A stretch of 64,000 nucleotides of DNA. Origin: Mobula hypostoma. Its lineage: Eukaryota. The position numbers and the translations under genes were made by a program. Positions 38,646 through 51,759 of this stretch are shown in pieces (position 1 is the stretch's first letter; each line of letters starts with the position of its first letter). Location of the stretch: the NCBI RefSeq assembly GCF_963921235.1, contig NC_086108.1:35652001-35716000 (forward strand). Direction: 5' to 3'. Below the pieces are notes generated by a model. The model saw only the letters and a list, made by a program, of their open reading frames with translations, ran no database searches and was not told where the DNA came from.

Positions 38646-41600
38646 AACACCCACCCATATGAGGACTATATTGAAGAGCTGGGTGGCTTGCTCTTGCTTC
38701 TGTTCCCTGTTGGTGGTACCTAATTGAACTTCCTTTATTATATATCCTTGTCCATAATCAAGCATTCTCCTTCTGTGTTGATGCCCATATCACTGCCCTG
38801 ACTATTTAACGAGACCTGGGGCGTAAACACAACACAAAAGCGGTCCACGTTTCTCACTTTGATTTCAATATTGTGGAAACTTCTTCCCTTGGCTTCTGAC
38901 TGCAAAAACTTTCCTCTATAAGGAGATTACACTGCTAGAACTGTTTTGACTAACAATCTTGGCTACAAACTTGCATGCTGGAAGCTAAGTACCTCTTTTC
39001 TGACAGCGAAAATGTATTGCCATTTTGCATTGAACAAATATACAGTGAGCTGGTGGCTTTGATTTCATCAGTGATCGCAACTTATCTCACTCATGTACAG
39101 TAGTTCACATTCTGCTTTTCCACTCCAGTGCTCACTGATGTGCCAGAACAATAAGCTACAATTGCTAACGTAAATTAAAGAACTGCAGATTCTGAAAGCC
39201 TGCAATAGAAACAGAAACTGACGTTAATTCAACCAGAACTGTTAGCTCTGCTTATTATTCCACGGATGTTGCCTGACCTACAAAGTGTTTCCTGCACTAT
39301 TTGTGTTTTTTTTTGCAGTTGCTGGTGTACCTTGCATTGGATAACTTATTTTAGTTATTCCTTGATGCCATTTCCCTAGCTCAATCACTTAGCCTGCAAG
39401 AGCAAATGTGAGAGATCTTGTGTCCTTGATTTAGTACACTCATTGTTTAAGCCACAAACAAAACTGTCATGCAGCACACACTTGCCAATTGATTACATCT
39501 GAGGCAGAAACTGCAAAGAGACTACTTACCTACTGATACTGTCACCTGACCTATGATCCTTATCGACTTTTGTAGCTCTGTATAATATTTGATGGTTTAA
39601 GAATCAAAACGGTAATCCTGCAACTTCTGCTGACACCCTCTTCTTCCTGTGGCATAATTTGAGCAAGAAGAATGGCTTTTATTTTGCTCAACTACGATAT
39701 AAATTTCTGTAGACACAATCTCAACACTACTATCAATTTTCATTATGTCATTTGTAGTAAAAAAAATCATGTTCTGAGTATATCCCAAAAGATTCATGCA
39801 TTAGATTTTTTGCACTGAAGCTCCCAATGGAACCTGCTTGAACTTGAATAATCATTTCATACTTTCCTGCTGCTATAGTAAAGCAGGTTTGCTTGAGAAT
39901 AATGATATATAGTGGTGTTATTTCTGTCATTTCTTTTTATCCACATATCTTTGTTTCACCCAAATCGTGTGCCTGTAGAGCTAAACAACTTCTTGCTCAA
40001 GGTCAAAGTAACACTGGTCCTGAGCTTACTCACTCTACAAACCGTTCACTCACAGTCTGTGACAGACTTTACTTTTTGATGATCTTCTGTCTTTGTTACT
40101 AATTTGTGATGCACATGCACATGGTCTTTACTACAAGACAATAAAGAACCTACAGGGAAACACAAAGCCCCACAAAGCACCAGAACACTAGACTAATGAA
40201 GGGTACCATTAAAAAGATTCTTCAGCATGCAGCTAGAAGAAACAGAAATGACTAGCAAATTTCATCCACTCCAAGAATCATGGGTATCTAGCGATCTGTT
40301 CTCTTCAAATCTCCAAGTATCTCCCCATATAGTAGTCCTTAATGCAATTTCCAGCATTGTAGCAGGCTGACGTCCAGCCAAGATTCTACATCCAGTATTG
40401 ACATTCACATCTCCCCAAATTTTATTAAAGCAGAACTAATGATCAAATTAGGCATCTATTAGGCATTGGAAATATTAGTCTGTGAGTTTTTCCCAGTGCA
40501 GGTCTGCATAACAGATCAGAAGAAAAACATAATTTTGATTAAGAATCCTTGTTATCTAATGTATAGTCAGAGATATTGTTAATCCTGCCTTAGGACCCAC
40601 ACCCTCTGGAGGAGCAACTTCATTTTTTGTGCACAGACATCCCATTGCTCCAATAACAGAGGGAGATTATCCAATGTTAGCAGCTACAATTCCATTCCAA
40701 TTATTATTGTTAATCATAAAGATCTTTAAATACTGAAAGGAGTTTTGGGTTATGTTTAAATGCGTGAAGCTTGATTGCTGAGTGGTGCAGTAAAGCTTGA
40801 CGATGCAATTATTGATCTGCCTGTTTCAGTTCATCAAAGGGGGTAAGGGGTAACAATGCGGAGGAGTTAAAGCCGTGGGAAACAACTGAATGTGATAGGG
40901 TCGCTTGGCCAGATAGAATCAATATAGAAGTGACCACAGCTGTCTCTGTTGTATATATTTGAGCTCTGCCAGAAAGGGTGTTATAACAGCCATACAGCCA
41001 CCAGTTAGGACAGCCAGCTGTGGTTGAATGCATCATGAAAGAGTCCATCACATGAGCCCTCTTCTCCAATCGTCACAACCAGCTATCTTTCTTCGTGGTG
41101 ATAAAACTCGCTAATAAAATTAAAGACATGTAGAGGACACATTATTGATTAACCTCAGAAGTAGGCATACAGATTGCAACATGTTAAAAATTTTGGACCT
41201 TGATTTCTAGTACAGACACCATAACAACTAAGGTCACAATGGTCCTTCCCAATCTGACAAAGGGTCCTCGAAATGTTCAATTGGTTTCACTATGCACAGA
41301 GGATCGCTGAGTGTTTCTAGCATTTTATTTCAGGTTTTTGACATATTCCAATCTAACGAAGACTGATGGGGGTGCAAAATGGCATATTTTGTGCATTGGG
41401 AAGCTTGCTGGAAAACTAGCTTGAAATATCAAAGACTAGTAGCAGTTCAGCGCTAGTCTTCTAAAAAGCTTTCTGCATAACCTGGAGGTCTTGTTTCAGG
41501 GACAGAAGTGGTGGGAGGCTCCATAATCTGTCTCTGCCTGCAGTGCAGCACAAACAATGCATGTATGTTGTAGAGAAAATGGAGGCTGCTGCTGTCCTGG

Positions 41601-42440
41601 CTGTAGAAATCAAAAAAGATTGAAGGACATGAGTACTAATTTAATTGGCTTTGCACAACATTAGGGCCTATTCCATTTCTTGGGTCTGCTTTGCTGGGGC
41701 TTGCAGAATGACAGTGGCTCTGCTGAACAGGAACCTGCTGTCTGCTTATGTTATCATCACACCAGCACCTTGATGCTTCCTGCAAATTAGCCACTGAAGC
41801 AAAACAATACACTAGAAGTCAGCAAACATTTTTAGAATTGTAGCAATGCAGTCAACCATAACTAACCTGAAAGCAAATAAATATCTGAATGTCTTCCATC
41901 AGGACTTGGACCGGTACTCGGATAGGTGAGATTTAGAGGGGCATTGGTCAAACAAGGGAAAGTGGGACTACTGTAGTTGAGTTAGGAATCTTGGTTAACA
42001 TTAACCAGTTGGGCCTGCTTCTGAGCAGTATGAACCTATGATTCTATAACTTGAGGAAATATGGGCATGTATAAGTCACCAGGACCCTCCATTTAATTTG
42101 TCATGGCTGATCTATACCGGCCTCAATTTCTCCATAACGCTCAGTTCTTTACTGTTTCAAATTTTCGTTTATTTCACCCAAAATACATCTAATAATCCAA
42201 CCTCCATTCTTCAGGGCAGAGCATTCCAGAGAATTTCACAAGAGGAAATTTCTACACACCTGAGTCCTAAACAAGCAGCTCCTTAATTTGCAGTTACACG
42301 CCCTTGTCCATAGCTCCCACTTGTTCGTATACACAAATCACAGGATATCTTCAGGAAACTTCGAACCTGATCAATAGATAAGCCAAGGAAAAGTACCTCA
42401 AATGCTAATGATCTCATGCTTTCGATTTTCTTTCTGATAG

Positions 42441-42626
42441 ATTAACATTGATTTTACAACACGGGAGAATATCACCAAAGACATCAATGAGCCCACACAG
42501 TCCAGCTTCGATACGGCGCAAAATATCATTCATAGCCTTATGGCAAAGGACCCTTACCCCAGGTTCCTGAAATCAGACAGCTACCTGGAGCTGATAAACA
42601 AGAAGAGAAGCAACCAACAGAAGTGA
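42441..42626 (+). CDS. RGS21-like R4 RGS terminal coding exon
   Basis: Polypyrimidine/AG acceptor, phase 0: INIDFTTRENI...FDTAQNIIHSLMAKDPYPRFLKSDSYLEL...K*. LMAKD and INIDF resemble RGS21; orthology not proven. Confidence 0.95.
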   Translation: MNIDFTTRENITKDINEPTQSSFDTAQNIIHSLMAKDPYPRFLKSDSYLELINKKRSNQQK

Positions 42627-42870
42627 AGCCACACATCTCTTGCAGTCATGTTGAATAATTAGTGGGTAAAGAGCTCAGAGGTGTATATTATCTCTGACAG
42701 TTTCCATTTCTGAAGAAAGATTCTCAGCAATGAATGAATTCTGTCTCTGCTACCATAGATACTGCATAACCTGTTGAGAATTTTACACGTTTATTCCCGA
42801 GATGTACACTGAAAATATTCTCAACATTCTCAGCCTAAAATTCCAACCATATAATAGTGCTATTCTAAAT

Positions 42871-42914
42871 AATAAAATTGAATTTTTTGGATTTCTGGAG
42901 TGAAATGCAATAAA
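42871..42914 (+). promoter_or_regulatory. Candidate polyadenylation signals of the RGS gene
   Basis: AATAAA at 42871 and 42909, about 250 nt after the stop codon. Confidence 0.55.
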
Positions 42915-43759
42915 ACCCACTTCTTGAAAGTTTTGCGTTTACGTACTAAACTTTTGATTAGGAACTTCTGGTTGTGAGTCAGATCATACACTTGATGTGG
43001 TTTCTACATCAATGGAGCTGAGAATAGTATCATTTCTTGTGCAATGCTCTGCCTAGCCACCCATAGCTCAATGTAGTCTTCTTATCAAAGAGCCAGAGTG
43101 GCTTATCTGTCATGTAAATCGCTAGCCTACCGCTTCATTCTGAAACTCTATCCCTCATCCTCTGCAACACACACTGCAAACAATGTACCCTCCCCACTCC
43201 AAATCTGGCAAACCCTGATCCCATGATGACTGGAGTCCCAGATCCCATGGTTCCCAATATGACACTTCCCAACCCAGCAACCTCCTCCTATCTGAGGCCC
43301 AAGCCCACCCACCACCCTCCAGTCATTGCCAGTCTCCTGTTTCATGTCCCTGACAAACATCAAAATATTAATGTTCTCCTAAACTCTTCCAACCCAGAAC
43401 CATCCATTTATGCGTTCAGAGCTCTGTGCTGCTACCTTACATCATCCACAACACTGTCTGACTGTGGTTTAGAGATTCTGATCACAGTATGAGGTACTTT
43501 ATGATTGGTTCACAACTGAGAAATGACATCTGAAGTTGTGCAGGCTGTGCAGGAATTTCTAGGGAAGTTTTTTTTCATGTATTCATTTACATGATGTGGG
43601 CATCATCAGCAAACCAGCATTTACTGTCCAACCCTAGCTGCCCTTAAGAAGGTGGTGATGAGCTGCCTTCTTGAACTGCTGCGGTTCCTGAGATGTAGGT
43701 TCTTCAAACTGGATGATTGAATAAATGGCAGAGATTGAGCAATTGGGTAAATGACTATA

Positions 43760-44128
43760 CTTTATATTTTATTGTTGCTAAACAATTGATACTAGAACGT
43801 ACAATCATCACAGCGATATTTGATTCTGCACTTCACGCTCCCTGGAGTTCAAATCGAAAGTAAATATTAAAAATTAAAAATTTAAATTATAAAATCATAA
43901 ATAGAAAATAGAAAAGGGAAAATAAGGTAGTGCAAAAAAAAAACCGAGAGCTAGGTCCGGACTTTGGCAGGTGCGGCCCAGATCCAGGTCAGGATCCGTT
44001 CAGGAGTCTTATCACAGTTGGAAAGAAGCTGTTCCCAAATCTGGCCGTACGAGTCTTCAAGCTCCTGAGTCTTTTCCCGGAGGGAAGAGGGACGAAAAGT
44101 GTGTTAGCTGGGTGGGTCGTGTCCTTGA
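43760..44128 (-). mobile_element. Rex/Babar-like LINE 3' tail
   Basis: Reverse strand reads ...GRRLRSLKTRTARFGNSFFPTVIRLLN followed by an AT-rich UTR. Confidence 0.75.
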
Positions 44129-44129
44129 C

Positions 44130-44985
44130 TAGCAAATGGAGTTGAATGTGGGGAAGTATAAGATTTTATGATCTGGCAAGAGCTACGAAAATGCTAATTA
44201 TCCAACTAGAGGATGTGCAAATGAGTGAAGTACTGAGGGATCAAGGTGTTCTAATCCATGAATCACAGAAGACTACCAGGCAGTCCATTATGTAGTTAGG
44301 AAGCCAAGCACCATTTTGGCTTTCATTATAAAGGGATCAGAGTTTAAGAATGGGGGAGGTTTTGTTACAATTGTGAGGTGCCGGAAGTCCTCACCTATAA
44401 TACTGTGCGGAGATTTAGTCCCCTTATCTGAAAAAGAGACAGTAAGATTAAAGACAGTACATAGGAGATTCACAGGGCTAATTCCTGGTGACACTTAAAT
44501 AGCTTAGGCCTGTGTTCCTTGAACTTTAGAAGAACAAAGGGAGACCTTATTTAAAAATATAAGATACCTGTACCCGGCTGGAAGCCCGAGAAGAGTTTAT
44601 TCGTACAATGAAATGCATCACCTGTGACAGATGTGCTGGGGGAAAGTGAAAGATTTGAATGTTTTCACTAGTGGGTGAGTCACCAAAAAGGTAACCTAGC
44701 TAAAAAGTAAGAGACTGGTCATTTAAAACTGAATACAAAGAAATTTCTTCTTATAGAGAGTGGTGAAGTTTTGGAAGTTGGCCCAAAGGGTAATGGAAGC
44801 TGGATCATTAGAAGTATTTAAAGTAGGGATGGATCTGTATATAGGTATTTGATCCTTGGAGGACTCGAAGAATGCTGAGAACAGGCACAAAAGAGGAACT
44901 GAAGACAGCATAGATCAGCCATGATCATATTAAATGACGGTAAAGGTTTGAGGGAGCTGATGGATTACTGAAGTTTCTCTATCTT
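44130..44985 (+). mobile_element. Old, highly decayed CR1 3' fragment
   Basis: VHRRFTGLIPG and a CR1-like 3' UTR (ATCAGCCATGATCATATT). Confidence 0.75.
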
Positions 44986-45699
44986 GAAAAGTGTACTTAG
45001 AAGTAGAAACTGATAAGAAAATGACACAGAACAGTTAGTATCAATGCAAAACAGCCTATATTCAATTCCATTGTCGGTTATTGACTGCATGTCCAGGCAC
45101 TGAATGCATTAGCACCCATTTAGTACCAGGACCGAAGACAAATTTCTACACCCTGGTTACTTTCAGAAGGTTTGACAGAGAGGATTTCTTTCTCCAAGAC
45201 TGAACAGGACACTAAATAATAAACAGATAACCCTTGTGTTTAGTCACGTTATGGAGGAGTGTGAAGTAAATCTCCTCATTTGGATCGCATGTTTAAGCTC
45301 AGCACTTGAAAATAATCAAGTTTTACTGAGAAGCAGAGAAGAAAATATTTTGTATTAGTTAGAACAATGAGGTTTGACTATATCCAGGCTCAGTTCTTGG
45401 CTGGCTCATTGATATAGGCCTTTTGTATTAACAAAACAACCACACTGATTACGGGAAATGAACACAGATTTGTAGTACGATATCCTCAGAGCTTGGCACA
45501 ACTCAAAAGAGTAGTACTCAGTCTTAGCATTGTAAACAGAGGCATGCATCACAATAAACAGCACCTTCCTTTCTGTTTTTTGGTGTTTACTTAATTATTT
45601 AAGTTACAGAGACCCAACAAAGTAATAGAGAGGTTTCAGATAAAAGTAAATTTAATGACAATGTAATTTAGGTGATTTGGGAGAGTAAATGTAAAAGAG

Positions 45700-45980
45700 T
45701 GACACAGTAGCACTGCAGTTAGTGCAAATGCTATTATAGCTTGAGGTGTCAGAGTCAGAGTTCAGAGTTCAGTTCCAATGTCTTCTGGAAGGAGTCTATA
45801 TGTCGTCCCCATTGAGTGCATGGGTTTTTTCCAGGTGCTTCGATTTCCACCCACAGTACCAATTGGCCCAGTCCTGGGTCAATCGGTCTTTGTAAATTGT
45901 CCCATGATTACTGTGGCAACACGGTTTGAAGGGCTGGCATGGCTTATTCTGCGCTGTATCTCAAAAATAAAATGAAAAAA
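45700..45980 (+). mobile_element. V-SINE, decayed
   Basis: GCATGGGTTTTTTCCAGGTGCTTCGATTTCCACCCACAGT and tail GCTGTATCTCAAAATAAAA, shared with 7525-7740. Confidence 0.7.
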
Positions 45981-46714
45981 TTAAAGTGGTTATTTACCAA
46001 GAAATACAAATGAAGGACTAGTGCACGCACACTGGTTTACTACCATCATTTGGATCTGTAAATCACTTACAACGGGCATCAGCTTTTAGTTTACTATTTT
46101 CAACATCTACCCTCATTTCAAAATATACACTTTGTGAATGTTGCTTTTGATACTTTATGGCTTCAACAACAGAATAAAATCATACTTCAAATTCACAGTT
46201 ACTTTGAGTCCTTGCTTTAATTTAAGTAATGTTTAATTCCTTCTTCTAAATTTTGCAATTGGTGGATGGTAGAACCACATTGAACGATTCAACACTTCCA
46301 CGAGGCAGTGTTTAGATCACGTTCACGAATTACCCACCCCAGAGGCCATTCTTACCTGGGGAGGATCCGAAACAGGTTTATTATCATTGTCTTATACGAC
46401 ATGAAATCTGTTGCCTTACGGCAACAACGCATTGGAAAGACATGAAAATCTATAAAGTTCAAAGTAAATGCAGTATCAAAGTACATATATGTCATCATAT
46501 ACAACCTTAAGATTAATTTTCTTACTCAATAAATCAATGGAATAATAACCATAATAAGATCAATGAAAAACCTGCCGAACTCGAGCATTCAATCAGATGC
46601 AGAAGACAACAAACTGTACAAATACAAAATGAAAGAAATAATAATAATAAATAAATAAACAATATTGGGAACATGAGATGAGAAGTCATTGAAAGTGGGT
46701 CAATAGGTTGTGGG

Positions 46715-46854
46715 CAACCAACAGGAATTCTGCAGATGCTGGAAATTCAAGCAACACACATCAAATTTGCTGGTGAACGCAGCAGGCCAGGCAGCATCTC
46801 TAGGAAGAGGTACAGTTGACGTTTCAGGCCGAGACCCTTCCTCAGGACTTCGAC
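46715..46854 (-). mobile_element. Short Penelope terminal fragment inserted in a Rex-like tail
   Basis: Homologous to the ends of the 36131-37110 arms; flanked by the direct repeat AGGTTGTGGG (46705-46714, 46855-46864). Confidence 0.85.
46814..46849 (-). ncRNA. Minimal type I hammerhead ribozyme motif
   Basis: Minus strand: AGUC CUGAGGA AGG-GUCUCGG-CCU GAAAC GUC AACU; core boxes intact and palindromic ACGU helix III. Confidence 0.75.
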
Positions 46855-48180
46855 AGGTTGTGGGAACAGTTTGGTGATGGGTTGAGTGAAGTAAGTGAAG
46901 TTATCCTCTATGGTTCAAGAGCCTGATGGCTGAGGGGTAGTAACTGTTCCTGAACCTGGTGGTGTGAGTCCTGAGGCTCCTGTACCTTCTTCATAAATTA
47001 CAAAACAAAATAAATAATGCAAAGGAAGAAGTAATGAAGTAGTGTTCGTGGTTTCACGAACTGTTCATAAATCTAATGGCAGAGGAGAAGGAGTTGGTCC
47101 TAAACTGCTGCGTGTGGGACCTCAGACATCCTGTACCTCCTTCCAGATGATAGTAATGGGAAGAGGATATGACCCAGCGTAAGAACTTACTCAAAACAGC
47201 TCATTCTAACTTGCTTGATGAGGCTTCAGGCTATGCAGGACAAACTAATCAAGATGCTATAGAAATATCTTCACAACCAGTTGAATTCTACCTCCCTCCT
47301 GATCCACCAGTTAAAGTAGCAAAAGACATAAATATTTGTAAATGTTTTCCAAAGCTCACAAGTGTTAAAAAAAACCATGAATAAATAAATAAAGTACTAA
47401 AAATGCTCCAACATTTAAAATATATAAATATATTAAAGTCTATAAAGACTTAAGTTAACTCAATTAAGTTATTGAAAATGTAAATTGCCTGTAGCTCTTT
47501 GCCACTGAGAAGAATAGGAACTTTAAGCCAACGTAGGTTTTCCACATCAAATTCATGAAGTTCCCGATACTCCACATGGAGCTGCTGGCTCTCTGCTGGG
47601 AATCTTGAATTACAAATTGAGCACTTTAGTTGTTCATTCAGGAATGGGTTTCATAATGAATACTGACCAGGGACTGGGATGTTGAGGCTTTGGAACTGAC
47701 ATCACCTGCAGGTCAACGTTGAGATATTTCTCTCACCTCAGAGTCCACCCATGTTAAGTTTAGGATTTATACATGAGTAGCAGTTTGAAGATGCCCATCA
47801 GGCCTTACATCGCTATTAGTTTCCATTTCATTGTTCTACATGTCCCTCTATTTCTACTGCACTCATTCACATGGATATAACTTAACTGAACCAATTACCC
47901 TAACCAGATGGGGGCAAAACCCTTTCACTTTATGGATTTCAATCCTAAATCAACTTAACACCAAGAAAAACTTAAAACAATTTTTGCTTTAAACACAAAC
48001 AATTTTAAAAATTCACATAATAAATTTTGGAGGTCTCTACCAGCATGAGCTAAACTACTGAACAGTGATGGGTAAACTTTGGATTATAGAAGAGTTGAAT
48101 CCTATGGACAATAAACAAGAAACAATTTCGCTCTATAAAGTTAAAATATAACGGTTGCTTTAATCAGATCCTGTGCTTTT

Positions 48181-48365
48181 ACATAGAAAACCTACAGCAC
48201 AATACAGGCCTTTCGGTCCACAAAGTTGTGCTGAACATGTCTCTACCTTAGAAATTTCTAGACTTCCCCATAGCCCTCTATTTTACTAAGCTCCATGTAT
48301 CTATCTAAATGTCTCTTAAAAGACCCTATCATCTCCACCTCCACCACCGTTGCTGGCAGCCCTTC
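48181..48365 (-). mobile_element. CR1 3' end
   Basis: Reverse complement of the 3' UTR seen at 880-1050. Confidence 0.88.
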
Positions 48366-48461
48366 CATTTTCTTAAAGTCATAATAACACACCACTGAAC
48401 TAGGCCCTTCAGCCCAAGACATCATACTGAGCTGGTTCCATTTGTCTGCAACCCTCTAACC

Positions 48462-48544
48462 CAGGGGTTCCCAACCCCTTTTTTTATGCCATGAACTCCT
48501 ACCATTAACTGAGGAGTCCGTGGACAACAGGTTGGGAACCCCTG
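48462..48544. mobile_element. 83-bp hAT-type MITE
   Basis: Perfect 15-bp TIR CAGGGGTTCCCAACC; no clean TSD. Confidence 0.8.
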
Positions 48545-50334
48545 CAAACCTTACCTAACCATTCACTCATTCTATCCTTTCAGAGAAGGAAGAGTGGTAC
48601 CAAATGAGCCACAGGTGACACAGATTTGAAAACCATTTGTCATATATAGCTGCACACATCAATGCCTGGAGTGAACTTCAGAAACTTTGATGCAGGTTGC
48701 ACAAGTTGTAACGTTTATGGATTATGGCTTAGATTTAACTGAACATATCATTCTCCCTAAAATATTCACAATGTACTTCCCTTCAGGGGAACAGATTCTG
48801 ATGACTGGTTAGGAACCTAAAATTCAACATATGAAATGAACTCTTCTTTATAAGTTTTTTTCAGTACAGATTTTCCATAATATACCTATATAAATTAATT
48901 TCATGAGGAGCATCATATTTAGCCCTGAGAATGTGCAAGGTTTTAAGAAAGAGAAGTCAGGTGAAAGACTTTCACTTGTTTTGGTTGCAAGTTAAGTAAT
49001 GATCACCCTTTGCAGGCATTGTCCTAATTTTACTTCCCAAATAATATCTGCTGAACTGTAGAAAGCTATTAACATCTGGGTTATTACTGTTTCACTTTGA
49101 CAGTTGGCATAGTAACCACAATGTTTAGTTGGTGACAGTAATGTTTTTTTCCCGTTTTTAAATGCCATGCTTAGATGGGTGAGATCCCACAATATTGCAC
49201 CAAGAGAGTTGATTCTATCATTATGTAGGGATCAGATGTTCCTTCACCCTGCTCAGTGTTAACAAACCACTTCCCATTTCACCAGTTTAACATTGCAATT
49301 TCAAATCCTTTTTATTAAGAACAGTAGTTTTGTGATCTGAACCCATACACGCTCTTAGCTCAAGTTATTAATGGATTCCTGTAACTCAGGCGTTAATGGT
49401 TTCCTGCAACCTTGATATTAATGTTGTTTGGTAATCACAATTCTAATGGAGTATATTCATCACAATATTAAGTTTCTGTAATCATAATACTGATTATATG
49501 TAATAATCCCAACATCAATTTTATTTATAGCCATTATATTAACGGTAAGCAGTAAGCCTAGCGTAAATCATGGTCAATACTCCTGATGTTAATAGTGTGC
49601 AGTAGCATTTAATTAGTGCTGACAGATTCTGCATACTTTTGCAGACTTTTTACTGATGTGGCAATCACCGGAAATTGCTCCATAGATAGTACAAGCATCA
49701 TTTTTATATTTGGACATTGTCTATAGCTCACAAATAATGGAAATTGTCAAACCAAGTTCTGGTCTGCATGTTTACCATTCAGAGAATAAAATAGCTTTGG
49801 ATGATATCCATTCAGAAGTTGGCCTTTATCTATCTATCTACCTATATAAATATATATATAGTCGCATTGATGCATAAACTGCATAGATGTAATCAGGGCT
49901 TGACTGGCAGTAACAGGTTGAAGAGGTGATATGTCATTTGCACCTGCATCCTCTACACTAGCTGCAAAATGCCCTTAGAAAAAAATGATCCTAGTTGGCC
50001 CTCATTGAGTATTGAAGACTCAGTTTGAAAATCAAATTCAAAACGCAATATTCTCTGAGAAGTTGTATCACTGCCTTTGGAGGAGTTGCATTCATTTTTC
50101 CTCGATGAACACAAAAATCATCAATGGTTCTCCTCAAACCCATTCAAGATATGCTTTATATCATTGAAGCTGGGTAGATTAGGGCAATGATAATATTTTC
50201 TGTCCATTTTAGGGGAAGATTTTTGGGCCTGCAGTTCTGGGATGGGTGGATGGGTCAGTATTCCACCAATTTATCTGATGGTATGTTCCTTCCTTTCACT
50301 CACACTTCGCCAGTGTGCATTCACTTACGTAGCC

Positions 50335-50570
50335 TAATCCCAGCATTTGCCAGTCCTCTCACTTACACATGAGGAGCAACTTGCAATGGCCAGTTAACCT
50401 ACCAACAGATGTTTAGGATGTGGGAGGAAACTGAAGCATCCTGAGGTAATGCATGCAGTCACAGGGAGAATGTGCAAACTCCACACAGACAGAACTGGAG
50501 GTTGGAATTGAAGCTGTATCATTTAGGCTGTGAGATAATAGCCCTACCTTCTGTGCTCTGCAGTGCCCTA
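50335..50570 (-). mobile_element. V-SINE, decayed
   Basis: Reverse complement reads GGAGTTTGCACATTCTCCCTGTGACTGCATG...CAGTTTCCTCCCACATCC. Confidence 0.75.
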
Positions 50571-50922
50571 AAACAAAGAGAGAGTGAAATAAGATGTGTG
50601 TAGGATCTGTGTAAATGGGTCTTTAACGATCAGTGGGCTGAAGGTCCTGCTTCCTCACTATATGATTTGCCTATGAAAATGCCTGTAGAGAGAATGCAAA
50701 ATGATGAAGTAAGGGCACTGACTCAATTACTGCTCTTAGTCAGAAATCTTCCTAAATTTGCATTGGGGGTTAGATCACCTTCAATTGACTTCATTCTGTA
50801 AAACCCTTTGTAAGGCACGGGCGGCACTGTGATGCAGTTGGGAAAATTGCTGCCTCACAAATCCGAAATCCAGCTCACCGCTGATTACCAGTGGTATCTA
50901 TGTAGAGTTTCACATCCTCCAC

Positions 50923-51759
50923 TGTTGACTATCATCGACTGATCTAGGTTAGGCAATTCACTACACAACTCTTAATTAATTAAAGCTTGAATTTTATTGT
51001 CTCTGCACAAACCATGTTGAACCCCAGACCAGCAATCTACTGTTCCCTTTCTACCAATAATCTCACTCAGACCATTTCTCCAATTTATAATGATGAAAAA
51101 TGGGATCTCCCGCTGGACAAACGACTGATCTTTCTTCTCCCAGCTCCTGGCATGGGGGTCTTCCTTGTGATAGTTAGTCTCTAGAGTTCTAGCCGCTTCA
51201 CATTTGAATCCCCTCATTCTTATACACTTTCCTTATCAGTTCAAATGCTGTGTTTCCATCTCGTTGGCTCTGGCCTATCCGGCTAACGTGTATCAGCTTT
51301 CCACTGGTTCTGGTCCAAGCCAGCATCACTTTATTGCCCAATTCACAAATAATAACTCGTAGTTAATGTCTCTTTGTTCTGAATCATGGCAGACCAGCCA
51401 GTTACCAAGCTTGGATTACTCAGGTCAGACACAGACTCCCCTAATCATGAATGCATGTTTTATTTTAGCAAAGAACACCTCACAAATAACTTTTAATTTG
51501 GAAATATTTGGTAGTTCAGCAGATTATCAGGATTACCATTATGTACATATTAAAGCACGTTGAAACAACTATTCCTGAGCAGAACCAGTTCACACAACAG
51601 CTCACAAAATGGAGATTACAGAGCAGCTCCACAAAATGGCAGCCACCATTCCATCAACCACATGGCAAAAATAAAGACAATTGGTTTGTCTACTTCCACT
51701 ATACTTGACTCATTTGAGTTAGATGTTTTCTTTCATACTGCAATTCCTTATGGCCAACA
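50923..51759 (-). repeat. 3' LTR of the endogenous retrovirus
   Basis: Starts TGTTGG directly after a G-rich tract (51760-51782), ends TCAACA; minus-strand TATAAG near 51220 and AATAAA at 50993-50998. Confidence 0.75.

Noticed and set aside
38016..38723. 235-aa Ser/Leu-rich ORF
   Set aside because: No recognisable domain; overlaps a GC-rich repeat inside an RGS intron.
41250..41340. Additional hammerhead-like remnants (also near 15530 and 39200)
   Set aside because: Core boxes are mutated; these are old Penelope-type terminal fragments.
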